DNA from: Phoronis australis
Taxonomy: Eukaryota > Animalia > Phoronida
Direction of reading: 5' to 3'
Assembly: GCA_002633005.1 (NCBI GenBank)
Contig: NMRA01000194.1
Coordinates: forward strand, 62,001 to 126,000
DNA: 64,000 bases
Shown here in pieces: positions 23,501 to 36,419 of this stretch; within the stretch, counting starts at the first letter, position 1; the number at the start of each line of letters is the position of its first letter. Under the pieces are notes generated by a model. It did not search any database. It saw nothing but the letters and a program-made list of their open reading frames with translations, and was not told the DNA's origin. Both the position numbers and the translations under genes were made by a program.

Positions 23501-26500
23501 ATGCCGAGTAGAAAGTAAAAATAGTACCATTTGAATGACCACGTGATTCAATAGCCTAAAGGATGGTAAAATATTGTTCTTGTTAAACAAGTTTTGATGT
23601 GCAAAAATGCGGCTGCCATAGTTTTGGGTTCTCCTTCAGCAGATTCCACAATATAGAACAAAAACAATTGCCAAAGTTGCCATTTTTTTAGTTTAACAAG
23701 TATTGAAGTAAATGTTTTCATCCTTTTTACTTTTGTTGAAAAATTTGACAAAATAAAATTTTACTGTTCCACCATATTGCATTATAAATTGAGGAATCTT
23801 TACTTCAATGTATAGAGAGCCTATCACTCTAGCCAAGGTGTGGAAAATCTTTCTTGGCCACTGAAGTTAACCCAATCTCCTGCTGTCCTCTGGTAATGTG
23901 ATGCAAACAGAGCAATAAATGGTCAGTACAGCTTGGAGGTCAACCAGTGTGTCAACTGGTTTATAACAGTTAAACTTTGATTCAGAGATTTTGAGATTGT
24001 ACACCTAGAAATTAGGAGCCTGGTGAAAAGCAATGCTGTTATGCAGAGGTTTAAAGATGGTAAAAAGTAAAAGTGAAAAGAAAGAAAAAAATACAAATTT
24101 ATCAAGAACAACAAATTTCAGAATAAACGAATCCTCAAATATAACACATGACTTGAATCTAAAGCATACAGTGCTTTTGTGACAAACTTGTTCACTGTTT
24201 TGGGTACTACAATTGCTTATACTGGTATGAAAAATGTCCGTGAAAAATCCAGCGTAGATCCGTGAACTTAAATTTTAAGAAGTTTTTATGCACCTAAAAT
24301 ACTTTAATTCTAAGGTGATTGCATTAGCATTAAATGATCAAGTTCTAAGAAAAAATGAACAATGACCTAGCAGTGTACTTGAACATATTGTTAAGAATAT
24401 CTGATTAGTTGCTTAAATTTGCTATGATCCCTCTTCGTGAGTGACTGTCTATTCTCAAGCAGTTTTTAGTAGACCTGGCAAAGCCAACAATGCAGGGTAT
24501 TAAGTGATGTTATCAGACTTGGCCTGAGCTAGCTAATTCGATTACATAACTGGATACCACTATGGGGACAGTACTGGTTTTGAAATGAAATAGGGATGGT
24601 CAACTACCATTAGATATGACTGCTGAATTGCATATCTGATCCATATGAAAGTCTAGACTCATCAGCATCAATCAGTTTCACAACAGGCTAGTAGTTCATT
24701 TGCCACTTGCAATGTTAGTTTTTTCACTCTCATTAATGTTATCACCAGAATTAGTGAAGGTGGTGTGGGGTACCCATGTCAGTTCTTGTAGTCTGTCTTA
24801 AGTAAACAAAATTTGAGAAATTTCACTCACTCACTCTTACAGACATTCACACACATAATTTGAAAATGGTGATAACAAACATAATAAAATACCAATAATA
24901 ATTACACCAATAATAATAACACCTGGTAATTCTAATATTACTAATAATAATTAGAACAATAAAAACATGTAATAACTACTGCTATAGCTACTATTTAAAT
25001 GGCAGAGAAAACTGAGACTGTTGGGCTCTATAAATGAAAAATTATTATACCCCTATGGATATGGAATTGTGTGGTATTCAAAAGGCGTGGGTAATGAGCT
25101 TCGATTTTTAAAAGAATTTCGACAGCGTTGTATAGATATAGAAAATCAAATGTGGCAAGAAGCTGTAAATTAGATACATAGCAATTTTCAAATTACATCT
25201 TAAAAAGGAAAATATTAGACATAGAGAAACCGTGTATGAGGTCTCCACCGGCACATATTTGATGCACAAATCATTCACTGATGATAGAATGACAACTGGG
25301 ACAAAATTTTGAATGCTGAGAGAAGTTAAACTTCCTTCAAGTTGTGACATTCGAAAAATTGAAAACAAGTACCTGACTTTTTAATTGTGTCCCCAGGCCT
25401 CAGAATCTAAGTTTTAAGATTCCAGTTGTCTCTTGAGAACTGACCATATATTTTTCAAAAGTTATGCAATCAAATGAAGAGATGTAAGTGTATAAGAAAT
25501 GTTGTGAAGTTCATGTTTTTGCTTATAAGTGTAAATTGTCTGTACTAAACGTTGATTGAATGTGAACATAATAATAATGATGATGAGCTCCACAAAGCCA
25601 TTGTTTCTCGAACCATTCTGCTTGCGGAACAAATCCGCAACAGTCACATTGATTAACTTATCATTGTTAGGATTGTCACGTTGATACTTTCAAGTGGTAT
25701 TGAGAATGGGATGCATTTTAACTGTATTGGGCAAAACGAAAACCCGGGCAAAACCATTCTGTGTGGAAAATCGTTCCGCATGCGAAACGGTTCCGCAACT
25801 GTCACATTTATTGAATAATTATTGTTAGGGTAGAAATTCTGATACATTCATGTTTATGCTTGTTGCACGTTAAGATTTGAATATTTCCTGGCTTGTGTTA
25901 AATTCTACCATAAGCGGTTAAATGGCATAGTCAAAATGTCAATTTTTCCCGAGTCAGCTTGAGGTAGGCTTCTACATCACAAATCATTCAGCAAGTTCCC
26001 CACTGATTAATTATGGTTCGTGTTGACACATTGGTATATCCATGTGTTATTGCCAATAGAATGTATTTCAATTTTAATTCGCAAGCATCAATTTAAAAAA
26101 AATGTGAGCTCCACAAAACCATTGTTTTCGGAACGGTGTCGTAACTGTCACATTGACCACCTAATTATTGTTAGGATTGTCAAATTGATACTTTCAAGTG
26201 GCATTGATAATAGAATGCATGTTAAGTTGATTGGGAAAAACAAATACCCCGCAAAACCATTCTGTTTGGGAAATCGCTCCCCATGCGAAATTTTTCTGCA
26301 TGCGGAACTGTTCTGCAACTGTCACTTTTATTAATTAATTATTGTTAGGGTAGAAATTCTGTTACTTTTATGTTTAATGCTTGTTTCACGTTAAGATTCG
26401 AATATTTCATGGCTTGTGTTAATGTTCTACCAAAAGCGGTAAAATGGCATAGACAAGATGTCAATTTTTCCCGAGTCTGCTTGAGGTAGGCTTCTTCATC

Positions 26501-29311
26501 ACAAACCATTCAGCAAGTTCCCCACTGATCAATCATTGTTCATGTTGACACATTGATATTTCCATATGCTATTTAAATAGAATATATTTCAACTGAAATG
26601 TGCAAGAAATTTTTTTTTTAAATTGTGAGGTCCACAAAACTTGTTTGCGGAACGGTTCCGCATGCGGAACGGTTCCGCAATTGTCACATTGATCAAGTAA
26701 TTATTATTGTTAGGATAGTCACATTGATAATTTGAAGTGGTATTGATTATGGAATGCCTTTTACCTTTATTGGTCATGAGAATTAAAAAATTGAGTTCTC
26801 CAAAAAACTGTTCTGTTTGCGGAACCGTTCCGCATGTGGAACCATTCTGCAACCGTCACATTGATTAATTATTGAGAGTGGGCACATTATACTCTCAAGT
26901 GCTATTGAGAATGGAATGTAATTCAAGTTTATTGGGTGGGGGAGAAAATTAAAAATTTTAGTCCTGTGCTAAACTTTTTTGTTTGTGCAACCCTTCTGGA
27001 GCTGTCACATTGATTTTTAAAAATGATTATTTTGATTATTATTCCACAAAATATACATAATATTTCGCAAGTCATAGTGTTTCACAAAATTTGCGCAGTA
27101 TTCTGCAATATGCGTAATATTCCGAAAAATCTGCATAATATTCCGCAAAATCTGCGTAATATTCCTCAGATGTGCGGAATACTCCGCAAATCTGCGTAAT
27201 ATTGCGCACTAAGTGCGGAATTTTTCGCAGTCAGTGCGGAATATTCCGCATGGCAAAAATTGAACTTCTAATTAAGAAAATGCTAATTGAGGAAATAAAA
27301 ATGTAACATTGCAAACATGTTTAGGGTAAGGTATAGATTTGTTTTATACCATTTTTATGGCCTTAGGTGGATATAAAAAAGTGCGGAACCGTTCCGCACA
27401 CTTTGAGATTAAATTGCCTTATAATAATTTAAATATAGACCTATACTGAGGGTCATTTCAGGTCACATGACCAATAAGCTGATTAGAAAAAGGGATCTGC
27501 GCAGTGTCACTATAAACCCGTCACAGATATTGGTGGTTTGGTTGATAGAGGGGCAGACGCCAAAAACAGATCAGATAACAGAAAAAATGGCCACTCGATG
27601 GTGCAAATTACGTCGAATTCATCGGAAAACGAGAAAATGTCTTCTTTCCTTTAATATAAAGTTTTTGTCAACTTTCATAAAACTCCGTCAACGAACTTCA
27701 GGGCAACAGAAGAAAATGGAAAAAATTAAATTGCCGTTATGGGGCACAGCATCCGTCGGATACGTCCAAAAGTCGTCTTTTCCCGTGGTCACCTTCATAT
27801 AAATACACTTGCTAAATTCAATAAAGATCCTACAGAGGGTTTAGGAGATACAGCTATAGGGGAAACAAACCTGCCACTACGAGGCGCCACAGCAGTAGAA
27901 GTCATCGGAAAATCATCGTTAGCAGTCCTCTTCACAGTAGAACATATATGACAATTTTCACATCTATTCTTAGAGTGGTTTATTATGTATGGATGCCCAA
28001 CGGCCCCAACGGAAGGGACATTAAAACTATGCAATAAGTTAGAAACTGAAATATTTTGAAATGTAATGAGCCAATTGAGCAATTGTGACCAGGCGTATTT
28101 TTTCGAAAATAATTCATCGCAGCAATTATAATCAATGTTCAAATCCAAAATGTCCCCTCCGTTACAAAAAGGGTGGGAAAGGTTTATCTCCATAATCAAT
28201 GAGTGACGTTGAGTCCATGATAATCGCTAAACTATTGATGCTTTGACCTCTATGTGACTGGAGACAACAATAAACGAAGACATTTTTTCACTTTCGTTCC
28301 CTTAGAAAAAACGTAATGAAGGGGACAAAATGTAACACGAGGACAACTTGCAGAGGAAAGGGGATATGAGTTATTAATGATCATTGTCAAGTAAGAAATC
28401 TAAGTGCTGTGTTTTTTGGCCAAATACAAGTGTGCATTATGGCAGGGCATCAGAAGTGGTAAACCAGCACATGTAAAATTTTTAACTCTAAAATAGAAAA
28501 TAAAGTATGGCAATTGTACATAAACTGTGTCACTTAAGCATACAGATGACTGGTTTTCATGTTTTGTTTGAGAAACAGTTGTTTCTAAACTGTTGATTAA
28601 TTTTTCACGGGTGAGGATTTTGGTATCCCTCTACCAATTTTGACTGAGTTTGCCCTGGGATGTGTGGATATCCATCCTTTTAGACAGTCATTGTGATAAC
28701 AGACCACCCTTTTAGAGAGTTAGCACGATTAACGGGGACCCATTTGTTGAGGGCCTCTATGAAAAAGTTAACCATTTATAGTGTGTTTTCCCCAAAGGTT
28801 TTAGGCGTAGTAGACTGCTTTTTATTGAATTAAAATTTGATTAAATTCGCGCGTGGGCTGTAGTCTTTAACAACAATAACTCTGATATGGGATTCTAATA
28901 TTACCTAAATGGGCTCTTCATAGAGCTCCTAACTCATCAAGTGAACCATTTCATAGATAAATTAATTGGTAAAGTCACCCTTCCGTTGTGGTACTTCGCC
29001 ACCAAAAACCAGCATTCAGAGTAACGCGCCACTTATACACCACCTAGCAAAGTAACCTTGGACAGTTCATTTTGTATCGAATCACTAATCATAATTTGAA
29101 CTGCAATGTCCATATAAAACAAATAATTAACCAAATACTACAAAGATCTGTGCAAAATAAAACGCGGAAGGAACCTATAGAAATGTATTTAGTCTCTTGC
29201 GATTTTAAGGTCACTGCCTATGCCTTCGTTGCAGAGGCCCATGTTTTTTTCGAATCCTTGGAAATCAAGAAAGTCGATAATGTGAACAAAGGTGTTGCTC
29301 GAGGGTAGTAA

Positions 29312-29519
29312 ATTCTGTTTATTTTGTCTATTAGCTACAAAAAGCTGCCTGGGATTCGTTTAAGGCCTTTGAGCCCTACATGTCTCCTGTCAAAAATCAA
29401 GACCTCGATTTTCTGTGAAAAGTTCGGAGGTCATGATTTTTACAGTCGAGTTTTCGGGATAAATTGTCTTAAAAAAGCCCACTAAGCGTCTTGTAGCTAA
29501 TAGACCAAATAAACAGAAT
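29312..29519. repeat. Short inverted-repeat element (29-bp arms)
   Basis: ATTCTGTTTATTTTGTCTATTAGCTACAA (29312-29340) pairs with TTGTAGCTAATAGACCAAATAAACAGAAT (29491-29519) with one mismatch. Confidence 0.7.
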
Positions 29520-29664
29520 CTGCAAATAAATTAGAAAATTTTAACGTCTGTGTATGTCATCGCGGTCTCTAGGTCGCACTCGGGCCGAAATCAAAATGTC
29601 AGAAATCGCTGAAAAGCGTCGCGAGACAATCTGAGGGCTTCAGTCGCTTATTTCATTAAAGTAC

Positions 29665-32600
29665 CAGTGGCGGATTTAGAGGGGGGCAAGGGGGCCATGC
29701 CCCCCCCCTAAAATTCTTCCAGATTCCATTTGGCAGTTCGGGGGTGAGAATGTCTGACGGGCACAATTCGCCCAAATTAAAGAAGCAATCACGCATTTTG
29801 CTTTAACCTTAAAACTCTAGTTCGGTTAAAAGTAACCACAGGATTGCGGTAAATAGGGCACGCTGGCCGCGAAGAGAAGCAAAGTGATCGAGTAGTTAGT
29901 TTAGTGGAGGTGATTCTCAAGCAATGGCGAAGTTAGAAAACTGGTTTTCCAATAAAAGGGCAGGTGAACCGGCGGTTTTGGATGTTCTCGCCTAATTTCA
30001 CGTGTGATACAACGACTTTTTGGTCTATTGAATTGCTTTTCTAAGGGAAAATAGTTACGAACTAACGTTGACTCGTCATGTAAACACTATAAATACCTGG
30101 GGCTACTTTCACAAATAAATCAAGAATTTACATATCCATGTGACGAGGAGTGACAACTGTGGGTTAAAGTAAAAACTTTCCCAAGCTAGGAAACTTGCAT
30201 AAGTTGACACTGCAACGACTCAGACTGCCATGTATATCAGTAAGTGGCCCAAACGAAATTCCTCAATCACCGAAGTGCGCACCACACTGCATGTTAACAT
30301 GGACGTAATTTACCTTTCTTTGCAGTACAAAGCCTCTCAAAAGAAAGTCATGCCAAAGGAGACGATACAGCACAGTCACAAAGTCAGATGCAAGGTCAGT
30401 TAAGTGATCGAAAGGATTCTGATCATGATGCCAAATACAGTACACAGTGCGACCCAACAGAAATGTCACCTAAGAAACATATTTACGACATTACCAGCTA
30501 CATCAAATGTACATCCATTGAGGACGAACCAAATTCAATGTCATCATAAACAGAGAACCGTCTTCGTCTTACAAATTTCTCCCAAAGACTTATAACAGCA
30601 AGGGCCAAAACTCTGGTAGCAGAAACAGACGTTGCAATAGAGCATGGCTGCAGACGCTTACGTTTGTAGCATTTTCAATAATGGTTTGTTTTGCACTACC
30701 TGCGCTTTGTTCCCAGACAGCTCACATCGTTGCCCCAAGAAGCTCCTTTCAGAGCCCTGTCAGAACTGGAAAGACGCCTTACATGATGTAAAAAACATGC
30801 GACCTGCGAATATCATATTAATTCTATGATTAAACAGGAAACCTTTCTACACACCTATCAGAACGTTTCTGCTAGAATAGATTCAAAGATAGTCGATTAC
30901 CAGAATGTACGCATTCAGAGCAACAGAGAAGTTCTCGGCTCACTGATTATGTGTATCGTGTTTTGCGGACAACAAGGTATAGGGATGAGGGGCCACCGGG
31001 ATGGTGTCTCCTGCGAAAACGCAAATACAGGTAATTTCAAGGCTTTGGTTGACTTCAGAATAGTAGCAGGTGACGTAGTTCTTGCCAGCACCTGAGAACG
31101 TGCCCTAAGTATGCGTGCTATACAAGCAAGAGTACTCAAAGCGACATCCTTAGATGCATAAAAGATAACATCTAAAAAGAAGTAATCCAGGAAATGACGA
31201 GTCAGCATTTCGGGCCCTATTACGGGATTCAGTGCGACGAAGTCACAGATGCAAGTAACTGGAGTCAACTTGGACTCATGTTGCATTACATAAAAAACCA
31301 AACGATTGCTCGAGTTTCTGCCCTGTGAATATACATCAGGTGAAGTAATTCAGTTTTCGACAAGGTGTGGTTTAGACATTGCATGCTGCAGATCGCAAGC
31401 GAAGGACGGTGCCGAAAACATGGCAAGGAGGCATTGTGGTTATGCGGCACGGCTACTACAGCTGTCTCCAAAAGCGCTCTATAATTATTGCGGGAGCCAT
31501 GACTTAAACCTTGCCCTATTTAAGGCATGCGACGTCAAGGAAATGCACCTTGCACTTGAGAGTGTCAAGCATCTGGGAATATTTTTCAAGTATTCTCCGA
31601 AGCGAAGCAGGCGCTTAGAAGAATATGTCGACGAACTGAACGAGGGCCGACAACAAACCAACTTATCAAAAAATCAGAATTCGGTTTACTTTGCAACACA
31701 AGGTGGGTAGAAAGGCATACTAATTTACAAGACTTCCATGTGTTGTGTGTTACAAGCGATAGCGTGGCACGAGAGACTGTGGGACAGTAACACCAGTGGC
31801 GAGGCATTTGGGCTGTAGAAGCAGGGGACTGCCGCGTCATTTATTGCAAGCTTCCAAACTGTAATGCACATCTTTGGATTCACACTGCCACTCAGCAAGA
31901 AAATGCAGGGTTCCACTCTAGACGTCGTAAAAGGGTTCAGAATGGTCAAGCATGTGCAAACTCTGTTTATGAGTTTCAGAACAAATGAGGCAGAATATGA
32001 CACTGTGCTCGCCAAGGTAGTAGCAATGGCAGCCAAAGCAAACATTCCTCTTGAGCCATTCAGAAGATACGGAAAGCAAACACAAAAAATCAACGTTCGG
32101 CAATAGACGCCAAAGAGTATTGCAAGCGAGCTATATACATTCCATTCGTGGATAGTCTGCTGCAACAGCTTAGCACGCGGTTTACTGTTCTGACAAATAT
32201 AGCATTACAGGGAGTCCGTCTAATCCGGTACAACCTTCGAGAAGAGAACAAAGCAGCTAACGAACTGAGGAAAATTGAAGAGCCAATACTCTTCTGTTAC
32301 AACGTTGACCTTCGGTCTGCTGCCACTTTGCACCAGGAAGTTAAGATGTGGGTGCAACTACGGGCGAACACAGACGTCGAGCCGGATAACATCATTGGTA
32401 CACTCTCGGATGGTATGTCATGCCCATTGCTATTTCCAAACATCACCAAGGCGTTGAACCTGTTTCTATTGACATCCGTCACGGTTGCGAGCGTAGAACG
32501 AGCAAATTTTACATTGAAATTTATTAAAACACCCTTTAGAAGCACAATGGGGGATGACAGATTTGAAGCTTTGACGCTACTTTTCATACACACGGACATT

Positions 32601-32700
32601 AAGGTCGACGATTACAGCGTCACACACATGTTTTCAGCCAGATATGTCAGGCGAATGCTTTTAAATAAGATGTGATTGGACAAACTTGTCAACATGATTG
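29665..32700 (+). mobile_element. Decayed hAT (Tip100/ZMYM1-PRKRIR-like) transposon; left TIR present, right TIR not seen
   Basis: Left end CAGTGGCGGATTTAGAGGGGGG. Frameshifted transposase ~30500-32675: GLFCTTCALF, CGQQGIGMRGHRD..GNFKALV, DEVTDASN, QAKDGAENM, CGSHDLNL and the dimerisation motif TVASVERANF..MGDDRFEAL. Confidence 0.88.
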
Positions 32701-32874
32701 TAATGTCGTGCAGTTGATCTGCTTTGATTTTGCAGTCCAGCCGACTGGTTTTGAAGTCCTGCCAAGTGATTTTGACGTCCAGCCAATTGTTGATTAACCC
32801 TTGGCAAAGCAGATCTCCACCCGCGATAGGTAGCGTAGTCTTTACGCACGTGCGTTAAGTCACAAGACTAGACG

Positions 32875-33108
32875 CCAAGTCACAACACTGGACGACAGCT
32901 TTTGCACCCCCCACTTATACAATTTTGACAGGTCAGTGGAACTGTAGGTTAATCAAAGTAGAAGCTGTCGTTGAAATTTGGCACGGTGTCCATAATCTGT
33001 TTACATCAAAGCAATGTTCATCTCCACAGACTATTTAATGACTATGCCGTCCAGTGACGTTATAAAACCTGTTGTCTAGCTGTCTCCAACACAAACAACA
33101 CGATAGCG
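32875..33108 (+). promoter_or_regulatory. Proximal promoter of GPCR paralog 2 (TATA box 33061-33067)
   Basis: TATAAAA lies 48 nt upstream of the ATG. TCACAACACTGGACG and TTGACAGGTCAGTGGAACTGTAG match the blocks upstream of paralog 1. Confidence 0.55.
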
Positions 33109-34080
33109 ATGAATCATACCACAAGCCATACTTCGACAGACGCTTCAAGTTACTTTGGAATCATCAGCCTTTTGGTGGTTCCGCCTCTTGGTATTGTTGG
33201 GAATATTATTGCTTTGGCGGTGTTCGTCCGACGCAAGAGAAACAAGTCAGTCGACGTATTTTTGATTAGTTTGACAATAGTGGATATACTTGCTGAAGTG
33301 TTTATACTCTTACACCACGCTGAATTTAGCATAGTAGTACCTGCATTTTTGTCAAAGTACACACTCGCGTGTTCATTTTCGTTTTGGCTGGCCAGATCGT
33401 CTTCTTTGGCATCTGCCTGGATATTAGCAGGATTCTCATTGGATCGCCTGGTGGCTTTAGCATTCCCGTTCCACGCCGTACGATACTGCCTCAAAAAGGT
33501 CGCCGTCTGCTTCGTTTTGCTCACATGCGCCTGTTCTTTAGCTTTCAGTCTATACGCTTTCTGGACTCAGATATCGTCGCCTTCACATTGTAAAGTTCCG
33601 CTGTTATTTTCGGAGGTATTCCTTGTCATGGAATGGGTGCGATGTTTTTTATATTCTGTCGTTCCCAGTATTATCCTTATAGTTTCTAACTCAGTCGTTG
33701 TCTACTATTTGAAGATCAATAACTCGCAGCTGAGTTACGAACATCGGTCTAACAACCCAGCCACGAAGGCTGTCCCTCTCCTGCTGGCAGCGTCGGCATT
33801 TTTTCTTCTGACGTCATTTCCGTACGCTGTCATCCATCTCTTGCTCCGCCTGAGTGACGATCCCGCTGTTATGACTCTGCACAGAATTATATCTATATTC
33901 GTGCCATTAAACCACGCTGGAAACTTTTACGTCTATTGCTTGAGTGGAAAGAAATTTAGAGAAGACCTTAAAAGTGTGTGCAGATCGATGATTTCGAGGA
34001 ACACTCGAAGCCGCAACAATTCAAACGAATCGCCCAAGTTGTCAGGAATCAATCCGTCCTCGACGACGTCGGGTACCTGA
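33109..34080 (+). CDS. Intronless class A GPCR, close paralog of 14172-15167
   Basis: 323-aa ORF colinear with paralog 1 (GIVGN, LTIVD, LDRLVA, NHAGNFYVY, SGKKFRE), with a shorter C-tail. Confidence 0.93.
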   Translation: MNHTTSHTSTDASSYFGIISLLVVPPLGIVGNIIALAVFVRRKRNKSVDVFLISLTIVDILAEVFILLHHAEFSIVVPAFLSKYTLACSFSFWLARSSSLASAWILAGFSLDRLVALAFPFHAVRYCLKKVAVCFVLLTCACSLAFSLYAFWTQISSPSHCKVPLLFSEVFLVMEWVRCFLYSVVPSIILIVSNSVVVYYLKINNSQLSYEHRSNNPATKAVPLLLAASAFFLLTSFPYAVIHLLLRLSDDPAVMTLHRIISIFVPLNHAGNFYVYCLSGKKFREDLKSVCRSMISRNTRSRNNSNESPKLSGINPSSTTSGT

Positions 34081-36419
34081 TGTACAAGTGAGAAACGGGA
34101 AATCTAAAGCTTAAATTTTCAAAATCTTGGAAATAAGTGTAGTTGATGAACTATAGTTTATAGTCGCGTAACAGATAGTTGTGGCCTGCCTACAAAACAT
34201 ATGGACCGATACCAAGAGAACTTACTCTACTGGAAACAGTGTAATCGTGCTCTGAATAGATATGTAATTGATTTCCGTTATGAAATTATGGACCAATACT
34301 GATATGCCCCATGGATCGGTCTGTATTTGCTTTATTTTACGATCTACTGGCATTGTTTATTCGTTTTATTTTAGGGGTCTATGGTGTCAGCCGCTTGATA
34401 GCAAATAACTTCCGGGCAGTGTGACAGAAAAGTGACATTCCAGGACATAAGTGTACCTTGTAACGAATTTACAGTACAGTGTTAAGTCCATTACGGGACA
34501 CAAATGTCAGAAGTCGCGTAGGTAATCAAGCGTATTCGTGATACAAAGGTTGGATTAAGACAATTAAAATCCCCAGGTAAACATTTCATTTTTAGAGTGA
34601 AGCGATTCCTGATTGAGTACTGGGCCCCTCTTATGTTTCTTTTTACCACTAGCTTCGTCATCGAACAACTCCACCGTTTTGTTCTGTTCGAGTTTTCGGA
34701 AAATTTGAAAACGAAAAATTAAAAGATCTAAAATTGGCTTGGTCTTCTATTTTTTTCAGTTTTGTTTTAAACGAAATGTCGTTGTGGTCCTTTCAGGCAC
34801 AAACCTTCACCTCTGCCAAGTACAAAGATACGAAATTTGTTGAGACCACGCATTTTGTTCTTAGAATTCTCATTGTGTCCTTTTGGTGACTCGATGTTAT
34901 TGATGTTCTTGTTGTACCTTGTTTACGTTGTACAAACCAAAACACGTTGTTGGTCGTGTCACCGTGAGTCGTCACTGTAATTAAACATTATGCTTCCGGT
35001 TGCGACTTTGATTTTCATTAAAGCCATTTATTGACGAAGAAGATGCGTACAACTTCTGATTAAGATCAACACTTACTTTTTAGTCGTAAATACAACTAAC
35101 GTCATGTAATGTGTCACTTTCGCTTGGTGTTTGAATATGTACCTAGTCATGTAGGGGTGGAATATCACTTGAACGATCTGTTATAGTTTACAGTAAGGTT
35201 GTACTCAACAGTTTAATCACACGTATCGCTCAAGTACGTTAGAGTTTTGAGACGGCCATGTTGCTCGACATTTTGAGATTTGCACTGAGTGTGATAGAAG
35301 AAGGCTACAAATCAGTCTTTGCTCAGTTTTTCTAACATTTTATTGAAGTCATTGTTTCTCCTTCGGGGTTTTTATTAAACCCTCACTCCCTGCAAGAGGG
35401 ATTTGAAATTCTACAGGAACTTCAGGTAATCCTCAAATGCTTCAGATTTCTCAAAACTCCGGTTAGTTTACAATGACTCATTTCACCTAAATTTTTAATT
35501 TTGAGTTTTGCGCCATCACAATGCGTCCTCTGTTGGTGTGAAATCTTTGGTCCAGCACAATCTTCACACTTTCAGGATTTGTGCACATACTGTGACTGAA
35601 ATAGACCTGTGTAGATATATCACTACAAGGGGTCAGCATGAACTGTTGAGCGCGACCTTAAGTCTAATGTAGAGCTTGTCCACAAAGTCTCGTAATAATT
35701 CAAAAAAAATTACAAAAACGAACGAACAGAAAAATATGTGGAAATCGTTAGAACTGAGAGTAGATTTTGGTGTTTTTGTCTCGTTGAATGCACATACATG
35801 TAGAAGCCCTATTAACTGCACGAGGCACATCAAGGTGGAAGGCGTTGTAGTAGGTATTACCTGGTGGAGCAATTTTGCTTTTGCTTTGTATGTTTTGTAT
35901 GTGGTGTAACCATTCTGTTTCTAAAAACCAAGACGTACATTTTACTGAGGTCCATTTATAGCTACCTGCTTCACTGACAAGATACCTGAAACATGCCTTT
36001 GGAAAGTGATTAAAGTTATCCATAACCGTTGACTACATTCAACAAATCTGTTTAAAATATCCCATCAAATGTCTTTGTAGCATTTTTTTCAAATTATGAA
36101 GGATTATTATAGACACCTTGTGTGTTGTAACTTGCTGTGATTGATATTCATATTGTGTCTTGTCGTATTGTATAGAGCTTAACTACACTGCATTATATCA
36201 AATATGTTTTATTATTTTGCATCTCATTAGATTGCATTGCGATACACGGCACTGCATTACGTAGTATTATACAAATATGGGGCCCGTTCCAAGAAACTGA
36301 CGTAAGCTTATCTTGGTACTAATTATAATTCATTATGACATACGTTGTAGTCTCATCTCACTTTCTGACCACAAGGTCATTGTAGTACCGAAGTTGTTTA
36401 GTTGCTTCCCGTACTTCAT

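Larger units (their letters stand above)
18039..27408. mobile_element. Large foldback-type element with ~1.8-2.0-kb modular inverted arms and non-coding centre
   Basis: Left arm 18039-~21701 (excluding the Kolobok insert) is the reverse complement of right arm ~25585-27408. Arms are built of GCGGAACCGTTCCGC / GCGGAATATTCCGC palindromes and a ~540-bp internal unit. Flanks are TTAG / TTAA. Confidence 0.85.

Noticed and set aside
21720-25585. Transposase gene in the foldback centre
   Set aside because: Only short AT-rich ORFs and no recognisable catalytic motif by eye; a highly decayed or spliced gene cannot be excluded.
27440-28200. Further degenerate ~140-bp repeat element right of the foldback
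   Set aside because: Similarity between units is too weak to define boundaries by eye.
33150-33593. Antisense/alternative-frame ORFs shared by both GPCRs (also 14417-14728)
   Set aside because: Shadows of the conserved GPCR codons with no independent motif.
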